Assembly: GCF_006345805.1 (NCBI RefSeq)
Contig: NC_043008.1
Location: forward strand, 14,942,001 to 15,006,000
DNA: 64,000 nucleotides
Origin: Octopus sinensis
Lineage: Eukaryota
Direction of reading: 5' to 3'
Shown in pieces: positions 22,936 through 37,239 of the stretch (within the stretch, counting starts at the first letter, position 1; the number at the start of each line of letters is the position of its first letter). Made by a program: the position numbers and the translations under genes. The notes under the pieces are model-generated. The model had not been told where the DNA came from. It saw only the letters and a list, made by a program, of their open reading frames with translations, and searched no databases.

Positions 22936-23479
22936 TATATATATATATATATATATATATCTATTATATATATATATATATATATATATAGTATATATAT
23001 AAGAAGGATGAACACTAAGTGGACATCCATTATGCTAGAAGTCGATCCAATAATTATATATATATATATATATATATATACAATATATATATATATATAC
23101 GTGTATGTCTATATCTTATAAACATATATACATATAGAGATACACACACACACACATTTATGCATATGTCTCTGCGTATGCAAGGATATATGCATTCATG
23201 GGAGAGCTAAGAGAGAGAGAGAGAGAGGGGGGAGGGGGGAGGGGGGAGGAGGAATAGAAAATGAATGCATAAGTACGAGAAGAAAGAATTAGAAAAAATA
23301 ATTAGAAAGAAGAGTTGAGAAAACACCAAAAACTACCGAAAAAAGAAACAAAGTAAAAAAAAAGAAGCAAATGATGGATGTGATGTGAAAGGAGATGAGA
23401 AGAGACGTGATGAATCGACAACGTATATTGGAAACAATCTTTCATAAGTAAGGATGGACAAAAGTGCAATGAATAATTA

Positions 23480-23579
23480 NNNNNNNNNNNNNNNNNNNNN
23501 NNNNNNNNNNNNNNNNNNNNNNNNNNNNNNNNNNNNNNNNNNNNNNNNNNNNNNNNNNNNNNNNNNNNNNNNNNNNNNN
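23480..23579. other. Assembly gap (100 N)
   Basis: Run of N. Confidence 1.
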
Positions 23580-23816
23580 GCTTTCTGTGCAAATGAATTA
23601 GTTATGTGTTATTAATTCGAGCTGGGTATGATATGCAGTGTGCAACATGTATGTCGTCCCACGCCGAATTCCCCAAACTCTGTTATCCGTCTTTAAATGC
23701 ATACGTTAGTTAATCTGCAACAACGGTGTCCACAACAAAGATGGGATTAACTAATCTGCCTTACGTTTAACGTAAAGTAATACTGAAGTGGATACGTCAC
23801 CAGAGATATCAACTGG

Positions 23817-24262
23817 GTCTCTTTTCGGTTTGAACGGCAGTTTTTTAAAAATAATTTCCACGTAACTTAAACACTTTTAAACTTCGTATACCGGTAGAAT
23901 GTGTTTATAAAACATCTTTTTCTCTTGGCTTTATTGAGAAAATTCTATAGTTTGTAAGATATTTGTTGTTTTTTTTTCTTCAATTTCTGCAATTTCAACC
24001 AATCAATGACGTCTATTGAGGTAAAACAAAACATTCTGTGCCGTATGAATATGTCCCTCGTTTAAGAAACAGATTGGGTTTATTTACATTTGTGAAGAAA
24101 AAAAAAGATACCCTTCCCCCACCCCTAACCCTAACCTTAACCTTAACTAACCCTAACCCTAAAAGAGATTGACATGCAATAGATCGATACTAGGGTCATC
24201 ATTATGGGTGACAATTTCATATGACACAGCAGAAAAAACTGCCGTTCAAACCGAAAAGATCA
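23817..24262. mobile_element. Non-autonomous DNA transposon (MITE) with (CCCTAA)n-like tract, copy 1
   Basis: TIR consensus GGATCTTTTCGGTTTGAACGGCAGTTTT; TSD TCAACTGG (23809-23816, 24263-24270). Confidence 0.9.
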
Positions 24263-26196
24263 TCAACTGGTAATATATAAGAACGAGTCCGAGTACGGCG
24301 ATTGTTATAATCACTGTAACCCTGCCCCAGATACATGTAGCTTTCTGCCTATTTTACAAACCGACCATGAAGTTGATAGAGGCATAGGAGCGAGCTGGGA
24401 TGACTAAGAAAGAGGGGAGGTAGGGGGGAAATGGTGTGACTCATTCCAGAGAGGAAATGAACAAAGGGAAAAAAAAGTATCAAAACAAAATTTCAACTAA
24501 TAGAGCTCTCCCTCACCAAAGAAAAAAAAAAAAAAAAGAACGGAACCAAAAAATCAAAAACATTAAATTAGAAAAATAAATTAAAATTTAAATAAACACC
24601 AGGAAACCATTATTTCAAAGAGATAGTGGCGTATGAAGAGAGGAAAGGGGACCGAAAAAAGCTATGGTTCGATATTGAGAACGAGTGATTTTAATTAGTT
24701 ATGTGTTGATAACAACTTTATGGCATCGATTGGAATGTTTTCCTTCACTTGTTTAACGCTTCTTTTGTTATTTTTATTGTGTCTTTACAGTCGTTTTTGC
24801 TTTAGCTGTGACATTAGAAACACTTTAGTTTTAGTATTGACGTATACATTAGCGAATATTCTTTGCAACTCGGTTTGATAAAACTTGACCGTTACTTCCG
24901 ACGTTTAGAGAATTAAGCTGCTACTTATAGACATCAGCAATTCCACTGTTTCGTTCTGCATTAAGTTTTTACTTTTATATTTTTCGTGGGGGGTGGGGGT
25001 GGAATCACGCACATTATTACATTGGCCGATACTGAACGTAATTTCAGATAAACAAATCGAATCGAATCGAGTAAATGACATCGCTTGCTTCAAGACAAAA
25101 AAAAAAAGAAAAAAAAAGAAAATAGAAAAAAAAAAAATGGAGAACGTCTTTCAAAAATCTATCAAAATGTCGAAGGAACTGAATTTTTTTTTTTTTTCGT
25201 TAGGTTCTTTTTGGATGTTGATCTTTAATATTATTGGAAATGTCTGTCACAATTTGCATACACATTCATACACACAGAAAAGAAAAAACATAAGTAGAAA
25301 TTTATAAAAAAAGGAAAAACGAAACAAAAAAAGGACACATTAATGCACATGTATATTCACAACTTGATAGACGTAGGCATATATAAATGCAATGCATTTA
25401 TACACAAAGAAAACTAAAATGGTGAATGAATAGGCTGGCATGTGCAAACTTTTTCGAGGAGCAGGCCGCATAAGACATGGATTATCAACAGGCGGATCGC
25501 ATTACTAAAACAAAAAAAAATAAAAACCTCAAAAATCTAATAAAAAATTCAAGGTAATTTTTCTTTTAAGGGGCCATTTAGAAAGTCCCGTACGCTGCAT
25601 GAGGCTGAAGCTTTACCACAAACGTCGGACAAATATCCCTTGGTATTAGTTCAAGGTCTCAACAGCCTTCAAGGGTTTATTTTTGCTTTTCATAAGTTTC
25701 CAGTCCCGTTCTGGGTCCACTTTCCCTGTCTCGTCCTGTTTACATTCTCTTTGGAAAAACAATCAGCTGTAGTCAGTCTTGGGGACGGATGGATCGCACT
25801 TGGTTTTGATGCTAAAGATATATCATAAGTAATAACAGTGTCTTCCTTAAGGATTGAGAGAGAAACTCTCTCTCTCTCTCCTCTCCTCTCTCTCTCTCTC
25901 TGGTCCTCCACTTTCTTTACACAGTCTGTTTTCAACTTTCGCTTTGACTTTCTATCTGTCCCTTTCTTGTGTCCAGTCCTACAAGACATTTTCATTTTCC
26001 TTTGTTTTACGGTGGATTAATTTAAGACTTTAGCTCTTATTTCTAGCAAATTTATAATTCATAGCTATTTAATGCTATTGTGCCTGCGGTCCACCTATGT
26101 CACTGCTGGTGATATCATCATTTAAAAATTTATCCACAGATGGCAATGAACAGTAGTGACATCCGATTTCAAATCTCAGTGTTTGAATGTTTTGCT

Positions 26197-26258
<62 letters not shown>

Positions 26259-26265
26259 TATATAT

Positions 26266-26311
<46 letters not shown>

Positions 26312-26314
<3 letters not shown>

Positions 26315-26608
26315 ATATATATATAATTATATATTGGTTCTTCATTCCGTAGAAGAAAAATTTCAAATCGCCCATGTTTAAGACCAAAAATTTTTTACAT
26401 CAAAAAGGTGCTTCTTTTTCTATGAAAATTCCTATTTTTTACGAACGATTTTTGACTGCTGTGTCGCCATTTTTAGGTGTATTTCAACCAGAAAAAGTTT
26501 CACTTAAAGAGATAACAGCTACATAATGCAAATTTTTTACTTTTCAAAAATTCCAATTCTAAAGGGTCGAAAAAAAAAAAACCCGAGCAACGCCGGACAT
26601 ACTGCTAG
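26312..26608 (+). mobile_element. Non-autonomous Helitron-like element, copy 1
   Basis: 5' A|TCTATATATA; 3' hairpin CCCGAGCAACGCCGG followed by CTAG|T. Confidence 0.75.
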
Positions 26609-26612
26609 TATA

Positions 26613-26647
<35 letters not shown>

Positions 26648-26652
26648 GATAC

Positions 26653-26685
<33 letters not shown>

Positions 26686-26707
26686 ATTATATATATATAT
26701 ATATATA

Positions 26708-26991
26708 TCTATATATAGATTGTTCTTCATTCCGTAGAAGAAAAATTTCAAATCGGACCATGTTAAGACCAAAAATTTTTTACATCAAAAAGGTGCTTCT
26801 TTTTCTATGAAAATTCCTATTTTTTACGAATTTTTGACTGCTGTGTCGCCATTTTTAGGTGTATTTCAACCAGAAAAAGTTTCACTTAAGAGAATAACAA
26901 GCTACATAATGCAAATTTTTTACTTTTCAAAAATTCCAATTCTAAAGGTTCGAAAAGAAAACACCCGAGCAACGCCGGACAATACTGCTAG
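26708..26991 (+). mobile_element. Non-autonomous Helitron-like element, copy 2
   Basis: Near-identical to copy 1 with the same TC...hairpin-CTAG|T ends. Confidence 0.75.
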
Positions 26992-27009
26992 TATATATAG
27001 TATATATAT

Positions 27010-27060
<51 letters not shown>

Positions 27061-27115
27061 ATTTATATCCAAAATACGGGAATGGAGCGGGTAACATCCA
27101 GGCTAAATATGTTAC

Positions 27116-27146
<31 letters not shown>

Positions 27147-27465
27147 TCGCCAACTGTGTATCGTATCTACATGTATGTACACTGTTTGAGGACATGCTGC
27201 ATTATCGAAGCAGCGACTCATAAGAACGATGGAGGCGTTTCGCTTTTCTTGAGGCTTGTGAATGCTATACGTCGGATTCTCACCTATTTATAGAAATCCG
27301 TGCCTCAATATAGAGGAAACAGCAAATTAAATATTCACTCGTATTGCGTAAGCTTGCTGGGCTGTAATAAAACTCTGTATACGCAATGGCGGAAGCTTGC
27401 CGGGCTGTAGTAAAACTCAGTATACGCAATGGAAACACCCCACCACACACATACACACACACATG

Positions 27466-27498
<33 letters not shown>

Positions 27499-27533
27499 TC
27501 ACACAAACACACATACACACACACAAACATATA

Positions 27534-27956
27534 TATTTCTTATTTCTTTATTGCCCACAAGGGGCTAAACATAGAGGGGACAAACAAGGACAGACAAAAG
27601 GATTAAGTCGATTATATCGACCCCAGTGCATAACTGGTACTTAATTTATCGACCCCGAAAGGATGAAAGGCAAAGTCGACCTCGGTGGAATTTGAACTCA
27701 GAACGTTAAGACATACGAAATACCTATTTCTTTACTACCCACAAGGGGCTAATCACAGAGAGGACAAACAAGGACAGACAAAAGGATTAAGTCGATTATA
27801 TCGACCCCAGTGCGTAACTGGTACTTAATTTATCGACCCCGAAAGGATGAAAGGCAAAGTCGACCTCGGCGGAATTTGAACTCAGAACGTAATGGCAGAC
27901 GAAATACCGCTAAACATTTCGCCCGGCCTGCTAACGTTTCTGTCCACCTCGCCGCC
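27534..27956 (-). mobile_element. SINE family D dimer
   Basis: One full and one head-truncated unit; the tail ends (AAGAAAT)2A. Confidence 0.9.
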
Positions 27957-27973
27957 GATCTTCTATCTTTCTG

Positions 27974-28052
<79 letters not shown>

Positions 28053-28744
28053 CTAACTCTTTCTCTTTTTATCCTCCTATTTGTGTATGTTTCTCTCCCC
28101 ACTCTTCTCTCTCCCTCTCTCTCTCTCACCTTCTATATCTCTCTTCTATAACCAGTACAAGTGATCTACAATTTATCATATTCAAGCACTACAAAATGAG
28201 CGAATGATGAACAAGTATATTCCATTTGAAAATTTGCCTTTATGGGACTTGTTCAAAGAGCTGGCGTTTTCTTTACTCACACTTGAGATATTCCTCATGT
28301 ACTTGGAGTAATTACCACCATTTCGATATCAAAGGAAAAGACCTCAGTTAAATTTGAAACCAGTACGAGTGAATATTGGAACGGTAAATGCAAAGTATAT
28401 GAAGACAGCATCAACTGGTCGTTAACACTTTTCTCTCTATTCTCTCTGTTTGTCTAAGATATTTTTGAAGATATGCCAGACAGAATCTAAATACTTCTAA
28501 ATTCAGTTAAACTTTTCACAGCTGTATCAATGCCAAGTACGACTTGTGCTTATTTCTTAGTGGAAGAGAGAATCAGAAAAATCAGAAAATCTCGTGGAAT
28601 CTATTTCTGTGTGATGAAGAAAGAAGAGGTTGCTCGTGTTTGGAGTGGGATTTGGCACTACGTAAAACTCCGGACAGGATTATAATTATAAATCAGTATA
28701 TAACATGGCTTGTTTCATACAAGTTTGGCCACCATTCCTTAACG

Positions 28745-28767
28745 TGTACACACACACACACACACAC

Positions 28768-28842
<75 letters not shown>

Positions 28843-28906
28843 TATTTACATACATATATATGTGTGTATATATATGTGTGTATATATATATATATTATAT
28901 ATATAT

Positions 28907-28941
<35 letters not shown>

Positions 28942-29005
28942 ATATATATATATATATATACATAGATATATACATATATGTATACATAGATATATACATA
29001 TATGT
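28745..29005. repeat. (CA)n/(TA)n compound microsatellite
   Basis: Direct reading. Confidence 0.9.
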
Positions 29006-29632
29006 GAACAAAATTTTTTTGTTGTTGTTGTAGCAATTTTTTTCACGCTTGTGATTATAGATAAAATTAATTTTGAATGTAATGTTACGATCTGAAACTT
29101 ATAAGATGTCGTTACATCTTTACAGTTGTTTTTAATCTCATCTTAAAAATTTTTTTTATCTCTTAATACATTTTCATATTAATTTCTATATATATTTTTC
29201 AAAATTTATTTTGTATTTTTGGGGGATTTTCATTTTCTATTTTTACGACTCGTTTTATATTTATTTTCACCTCTTCTTTATAAACTTCACCTCGTCTTTC
29301 GAATTTTTTGTTAGTCTTATCTTAGCAAACTCGTGACTCTTTTTATGTAATTTTCGTCTGAAATTTATATATTTGCATACCATTTCTTTAATATTTTTTT
29401 CACCTTTACGTAAATTTTATCGCTAATACTATATTTTGTTAATTTATTTAATCAGTTATGAAATACATCATAATATTTTTAAATGTATATTAAGTTTCGA
29501 ATTCCTTCTCATAAATCTTAAGATACAGTGATCTCAGAGTTATGAGGGAGTTGGTGAAACTAAGACATTTACGATCTCATATTCAAATTTTGGATACTAA
29601 CTTCTGCGTAAGAAACTTTGGTACATACTATA

Positions 29633-29732
<100 letters not shown>

Positions 29733-29859
29733 TTATCTATCGTGTGAAGGCAATATTTATAAATATGTATGTGTACATGTGTGTGTGTGTTTGTGCGTGT
29801 ACGTGTGTGTACGTATGTGTGTATTCTTACAAATGTGAATGTATATGTACATACGTAAT

Positions 29860-30360
29860 GAAGGCACATAGCTCAGTGGTTAGAGCGTCGGGCTCGCAGT
29901 CATGAGGTAGTGAGTTCGATTTCCGGACGAGGCTGTGTGTTGTGTTGTGTTCTTGAGCAAGGCACTTTATTTCACGTTGCTCCAGATCACTCAGCTGTAG
30001 AAATGAGTTGCGACGTCACAGGTGCCAAGCTGTATCGGCGTTTGCCTTTTTCTTCAGTGGTGTGAAGAGGCGAGGCTGGTATGCATGGGCGTCTGCTGGT
30101 CTTCCATAAAACAACCTTGTCCAGACTTGTGCCTCGGAGAGGAACTTTCTATGTGCAATCTCAATGTTTAGCAGTATTTCGTCTGCCGTTACGTTCTGAG
30201 TACAAGTTCCGCCGAGGTCGACTTTGCCTTTCATCCTTTCGGAGTCGATTAAATAAGAACCAGTTACGCACTGGGGTCGATATAATCGACTTAATCCGTT
30301 TGTCTGTCCTTGTTTGTCCTCTCTGTGGACAAATATGAATATGACCGAAGGGGGTCTTTA
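29860..30360 (+). mobile_element. SINE family F (tRNA head, V/CORE-like central block) interrupted by a D fragment at ~30163-30327
   Basis: GAAGGCACATAGCTCAGTGGTTAGAGCG...TTCTTGAGCAAGGCACTTTATTTCACG; the tail ATGACCGAAGGGGGTCT resumes at 30341 (compare 53742-53965). Confidence 0.8.
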
Positions 30361-30449
30361 AGTACGTATAAAAAATGGTTTCAAATATTGGCCCAAGGTC
30401 AGCAATTTCGGGAAAGTGGGTAAGTTGATTGCATCGTCCCCAGACAAAC

Positions 30450-30872
30450 GAAATACCTATTTTTTTACTACCCACAAGGGGCTAAACACAGAGAGGACAA
30501 ACAAGGACAGACGAACGGATTAAGTCGATTATATCGACCCCACTGCTTGACTGGTACTTATTTAATCGACTCCGAAAGGATGAAAGGCAAAGTCGACCTC
30601 GGCGGAATTTGAACTCAGAACGTAACGGCAGACGAAATACCTATTTTTTTACTACCCACAAGGGGTTAAATACAGAGAGGACAAACAAGGACAGACAAAC
30701 AGATTAAGTCGATTATATCTACCCTAGTGCGTAACTGGTACTTATTTAATCGACCCTGAAAGGATGAAAGTCGAAGTCGACCTCAGCGGAATTTGAACTC
30801 AGAACGTAACGGCAGACGAAATACCGCTAGGCATTTCGCCCGGTGTGCTAACGTTTCTGCCAGCTCGTCGTC
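30450..30872 (-). mobile_element. SINE family D dimer plus a remnant of a third junction
   Basis: GAAATACC-TATTT junctions at ~30457 and ~30642. Confidence 0.9.
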
Positions 30873-31549
30873 TTATATACCGAATTAAATATTATACACA
30901 CATTCAGCGAGAGATGGTGAGTAATACTACATATGGATTTATGGTTGTTCATTTTGATAGTTCAAGAACAAGATGCTAACAGACACATACGCAAAGCACG
31001 CGTAGGCAATTCACGTAGGCATATACGATTGTGTTTGCGTGTATGTTTTTGTATTGGTACCTGTTTGTATGTGTACGTAAGTGTTACCGTGTGTGTGTTG
31101 CCTAACTGTGTATCTACATTGTGTGAGTAGATTTTCTGAAGAATGTGAGTAGATTTGCACGAATAAATAATCATCATCCTTATGCTTAAAGTATTTCCCT
31201 GGAGCTATTTTACCTAGAATAGAACGTCTGCTAAGATGAATGCTAACTGGTCTGGCGAATTTTAGCCCTCGGCTTCGTCATTAGAATTTTACCTATGGAG
31301 ATAAAAATAATAAATTGTTAATGAAGGTAAAAGTTTTACGTTGGATTCTATGTTGCATTAATCGAAAGGAATATATTGTCGAAGAATCTAGCAGAATTGT
31401 AAAGAAACAATTTAGAAAAGTCTAGTTTCTAATTCTGTGCCAAAAAACAAAAAACAAAAAAACAAAACAAAAAAAAACCCCAAAAAAGAAATAAAAAAAG
31501 AAAATCAAGAACTATAATAACGTGATGTTGATATTAATATAATGATATG

Positions 31550-32506
31550 CATACACACACACACATACTTACATACATACTTATGTACGTACATACATAC
31601 ATACATACATACATACGTACGTACATACATACATGCATACATACATACCTTCATACATACATACGTACGTACATACATACATACATGCATACATGCATAC
31701 ATACATACATGCATGCATACATACATACATACATACTACATACGTACGTACGTACATACATACATACATACACACATACATACATACATACATACATACA
31801 TACGTACGTACATACATACATACATACATACATACATACATACATACGCACTCACATACATACATACATCATACATACATACGTACGTACATACATACAT
31901 ACATACATACGTACGTACGTACATACATACATACATACACACATACATACATACATACATACATACATACATACATACATACATACATACGCACTCACTA
32001 CATACATACATACATACATACATACGTACGTACATACATACATACATACATACATACATGCATACATACATACATACATACATACATACGTACGTACATA
32101 CATACATACATTCATACATACATAATACATACATACATACATACATACATACATACATACACACATACATGCATACATACATACATACGCACTCACATAC
32201 ATACATACATACATACATACATACATACATACATACATACATACATACAATACATTCATACATACATACATACATACATACATACATACGTACGTACATA
32301 CATACATACATACATACATACATACATACATAATACATACATACATACATACATACATACATACTACATACATACGTACGTACGTACATACATACATACC
32401 TATACTCAGATACACACACACACACACACACATATGTAGGTATGTATTGTGTGTGTGTGAGTATTTGTGTCTATAAGTATTAACAGGCCACATTGTTTTG
32501 CCGAAA

Positions 32507-32592
<86 letters not shown>

Positions 32593-32750
32593 GAGGGGGA
32601 ACAGAAAAGCAAGTACAAATGTTTTGTCTGGGAAAAAGTAGGTAAATCCCATACCTGATACACACATGCATACATACAAACATACATACGTACATACATA
32701 CATACATACATACATACGTATATTCATACATACGCACTCACGTACATGCA
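31550..32750. repeat. (CATA)n compound microsatellite with a (GA)n tract
   Basis: Direct reading. Confidence 0.95.
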
Positions 32751-32866
32751 CACATATCTCTTAATCATTCATTCATTCATGAATACCTCAGCCAGCTAAT
32801 CCGGGCATTACATATACAGTCTGGAAGCGGAACAATAAAAATCTGTAAGACATTTCTCAATTTCAG

Positions 32867-32966
32867 AATGCGATGCTATTTCTTTCATCAACAATCCAAC
32901 GATGTAGCTTTGTATTTTTGTCAGAAGCCAATTCCTCCTTTACTGGAAGAACTTAAAGAGTTAAAA
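32867..32966 (+). CDS. Candidate internal exon (unidentified protein)
   Basis: Acceptor TCAATTTCAG|, open frame MRCYFFHQQSNDVALYFCQKPIPPLLEELKELK, donor AA|GTAGAA. No recognisable family. Confidence 0.25.
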
Positions 32967-32999
32967 GTAGAAGAGAACTTAAGTTTTCGTTTATATCAC

Positions 33000-33345
33000 T
33001 GTGGCCATGCTGGGGTAGCGCATTGAATAGTTTAGTCGAAGAAATCGACCCCACTACCTATGTATTTTTCCTAAAGTCTGGTACTTATTCTGTCATTTTC
33101 TTTTTGTTGAGGCGCTAAGTTACGAGAACGTAAACAATTCAAAATTGGTTGCCAATGGGTGGTTTATGACAAATATAACCATAGGCACCCTCACCCCTCA
33201 CACCTACATACCTCCACCCTCATGTACGACAGGCTTCTTTCAGTTTCCGTCTATCAAATCCACTTACAAGGTTTTGGTCGGCTCGGGAATATAGTAGACG
33301 ACACTAACCGAATGCGTTACACAATGAGACTGAACTTGGAACTTG
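33000..33345 (-). mobile_element. SINE family A, old diverged copy
   Basis: TGTGGCCATGCTGGGG...GCTAAGTTACG...GGCTTCTTTCAGTTTCCGTCT. Confidence 0.7.
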
Positions 33346-33399
33346 AATGCTAAGAGACTACTGTTGTATATACCGAATTAAATATTTTTTGTACTCTAT

Positions 33400-33545
33400 G
33401 TACAAGGCCCGACATTTTTGAGGAGGGGGCCAGTCGATTAGATCAACCCCAGTACTTAACTGGCACTTAATTTATCGGCCATAAAAGGATGAATGGTAAA
33501 GTCGACCCCGGTGGAATTTGAACTCAGAACGTAGCGGTAGACGAA
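33400..33545 (-). mobile_element. SINE family D fragment (tail ii)
   Basis: Reverse complement of the D core and B-box. Confidence 0.7.
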
Positions 33546-34578
33546 ATAAAAGTGAATAATGAGGTACATAGATTAGATTACAGGTTCAAGCTATCTACGG
33601 AACTGTAAAAAATTTGTAAAACTTTCCAGTAGTTTAATATTTAAGCATATATGTGCAAATACCCTGTTGATATTGTTGGAACTGCAGTGAAGAAGCCTTA
33701 TGTCTAGGTTAGAAACCAGTTCTTTCTCTATTGGCAAGTAATCTTGAAATAATACCGAACTAAAGCATAAATATGTCGTCATAGTGAACCGTAAAGCTTC
33801 CTTATTAATGAGTCCCGTAAAGTCTTGTTATTAATCCTTCAACTACAGTAGTAGTTGAATAATATGCTTAAGGCCGCAATTTACTCACGTGCAGCATCTT
33901 TCAGGGCTTGTCGCTAATTCAGTTCGTAACCAAATCGAAAACTGTTAACATGTTTGAAGAGGAATGGTCCCTAGCTACATGTTGGCATAAAAATATTGAG
34001 ATTTTGCTCAGTAGAAAAAAGTTTACATCAAATTTTGTAGGAACGTTATAGGAAGGCAAGGAACGCTTCTAATCTAAATATCATTTCAATTTTAAAAGCA
34101 AAATATATTTGTCTTAGCTTCAATGATAGAAGAAAGCATGAAGAATTTTATAGTTTTGGTTCCTTGCAAGAGAAAATCGTATAAAAAAAGCTGTGAAGTA
34201 AAATAGCATGAAAAAATATAAGTAAGGCATAAAATTGGATTTAAGTACAATTAACCTTTTTATTCTAAAAACAAACTATATTTTAATTAAGCCTAAATGA
34301 TAGAGCTCACTTGGAAGAATTTCATGGTATCAATCTCATGCAATGGAGTTTTAAAAGAGAAATGTTTTAAGTGTTTGTTTCTCAAGTTTGAGGGTGATGA
34401 TATAGTTCTATACTTTTTTTTAATGAATATAGTTCTATAAGGGGACTGACATTTATGAATATAGTTCTATAAGGGGACTGACATTATTGAGGTAAGGAAA
34501 AATTATCAATTAGACTGCTAATTGACACATTTGACACGTTATTAATTAGCATAATAGCATAGCCTCGAAACGAGATGG

Positions 34579-34903
34579 ATTACATGGAAAAATGCGACCA
34601 ACAGAATAATATTCTTAGGATTATAAACCTGGAAAAGTTCAGGACAATTTATTACATCTGGTTAAGTACAGAACAAGAAAATTTTCACTTAAACTATTGC
34701 AGCTAAGGATAAAATTTCAAATAAAATATTTAGATTTAGAAAATATTAGCTTTTATTAAAATTAGAAATTTTATTACAAGTTATTACTTCTATTAAAAAT
34801 AAACTTGTCCTGAACTTTTCCAAGTGTAATAACTTGTCCTGTACTTTTTCAGATTTATAATCTTAAGAATATTATTTCTCTTGCTCGCATTTTTCCAGGT
34901 AAT
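34579..34903. mobile_element. MITE-like inverted repeat (~80-bp imperfect arms)
   Basis: ATTACATGGAAAAATGCGACC...CTGGAAAAGTTCAGGACAA is mirrored at 34803-34903. Confidence 0.6.
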
Positions 34904-34924
34904 ACAATCTTTGCAAACAACTAG

Positions 34925-35125
34925 ACTAAACTGACAATATTCTTCGGGTTTAATGCAAAGAAGCGCTTGCTTAGAGAACATTGTAGCAGTAAGCCAGTGG
35001 TAAAACGAGACTGGGTAAAATCACAAATTGCTTTTTCCTACATTCACAAGAGCAAAGCAGAAGCCCTGGAGTGGGTTATCGAAGATCGTGGAGTTATGAA
35101 GAGAAATGACACTGAAACCCTACCA
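34925..35125 (+). CDS. Candidate internal exon (67 codons, unidentified protein)
   Basis: AG|ACT...CCA|GTATGA; stop-free TKLTIFFGFNAKKRLLREHC...KAEALEWVIEDRGVMKRNDTETLP. Missed by the ORF track because it lacks an early start codon. Confidence 0.35.
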
Positions 35126-35179
35126 GTATGAGTATGGGCCATTTGTCGACTTTCTGTGGTGAAAAAGGTATTAGGACTT

Positions 35180-35181
35180 AT

Positions 35182-35265
<84 letters not shown>

Positions 35266-35481
35266 TCCTGTCTGTCTGTCTATCTATCCGTCTATGTATG
35301 TATGTATGTATTTGTTTGTCTGTCTATCTATCTATCTATCTATCTATGTATGTATCTATATCTATCTGTCTGTATGTCTGTCTGTATATGTATCTCTATG
35401 TATGCATGCATACATTCAAGCACAACAGAAACATAATACATATATGCATACATAATACAGACATACAAACATACATACACA

Positions 35482-35513
<32 letters not shown>

Positions 35514-36750
35514 CATATTGACAAACATGTATATATGCGTGCATACACACATACATACATATACGCATACATGCATGCATATACATATATACACACATAA
35601 AAACCATACATACATACATATATATATATACACACATACAAAACATACATACATACAAGCATTTATGCATATATACATGCATATACATGTATACACACAT
35701 ACAAACAATACATACATATATACATACATACATATATAAAAGCATATATGCATACATACATGCATATACATGTATACACACATACAAACCATACATGCAT
35801 ACAAGCATATATGCATACATACATGCATATACATGTATACACACATACAAAACATACAAACATACAAGCATATATACATACATGCATATACATGTATACA
35901 CACATACAAAACATACATCCATCCATCCATACATACAAGCATATATGCATACATACATGCATATACATGTATACATACATGCATATGCATGTATACACAC
36001 ATACAAACCATACATACATACATACAAGCATATATGCATACATACATACAATACATATATACACAAATACAAAACATACATACATACAAGCATATATGCA
36101 TACATAGATGCATATACATGTATACACACATCCAAAACATACATACATACATACAAACATGTATTGCAAACATACATGCATATACATGTGTACACACATA
36201 CAAATCATACATACATACAATCATATATACATACATACATGCATATACATGTGTACACACATACGAACCATACATACATACGTACATACATACAATCATA
36301 TATGTTATACATACATGCATATACATATATACACACATACAAAACATACATACATACTAGCATATACATATATACACTCAAAATATACATACATACAACC
36401 ATATATGCATACATACATGCATATACATATATACACACATAAAACCATACAGACATATACATACAAGCATATATGCATACATACATGCATATACATATAT
36501 ACACACATACATGCATATATGCACACATACAAAACATACATACATAATACATACATACATACATACCTACAAGCATATACATATATACACACAAAATATA
36601 CATACATACAACAATATATGCATACATACATGCATATATATATATATACACACATACATATATGCACACATACAAAACACACATACATACATACATACAT
36701 GCATACATACAAGCATACATACATACATACATGCACACATACATACTCGC
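35180..36750. repeat. (TTTC)n followed by a 1.4-kb CATA/TATG-derived cryptic repeat
   Basis: Direct reading. Confidence 0.95.
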
Positions 36751-37239
36751 AAGCTATGTTCATGTCCTGGCCATTACGAATTTTATAACACTGCAAACAT
36801 TTGAGTGCTAACCTAATTAATTCAATAAAATGCTTGCCGAGCACTTTCGTTCCCTCTTCTGCCAGTTTAACCGTGAGACGATGTTTTCCAAGATAATACC
36901 GACATTTGTTCTGATTAATTATTCCTCAATTTTACAATTTGGAATCGAAGCAAATGAAGTCAATTCGAAAATTAGGCTCGCATCAAATTGCGTCGCCGTT
37001 GCTTTGAGAGGGCAAAGGGAGAGAATTGTTTTGGTTCGGAATACCGATCATAAATATTTTCAATACAAATTCGTCTACTCACCAAATGCAATTAGCACAC
37101 TCATTAGCGTCATGATTATAGATGTCAAGCAATGTTAACAAGTTAATTGGTCTGACCTTTCTGAGTGTCTCGACAATACTTTCATCCTTAATTTATTCTC
37201 ACGTACACAAATAGGAAGGATCACTTTGTCAATGAGCAA

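Noticed and set aside
24123-24161. True telomere or chromosome-fusion scar
   Set aside because: Only a few degenerate CCCTAA units, sitting at the same position inside two copies of a MITE.
25690-25995. 101-aa minus ORF
   Set aside because: Partly (GA)n-derived, with no recognisable domain or convincing splice context.
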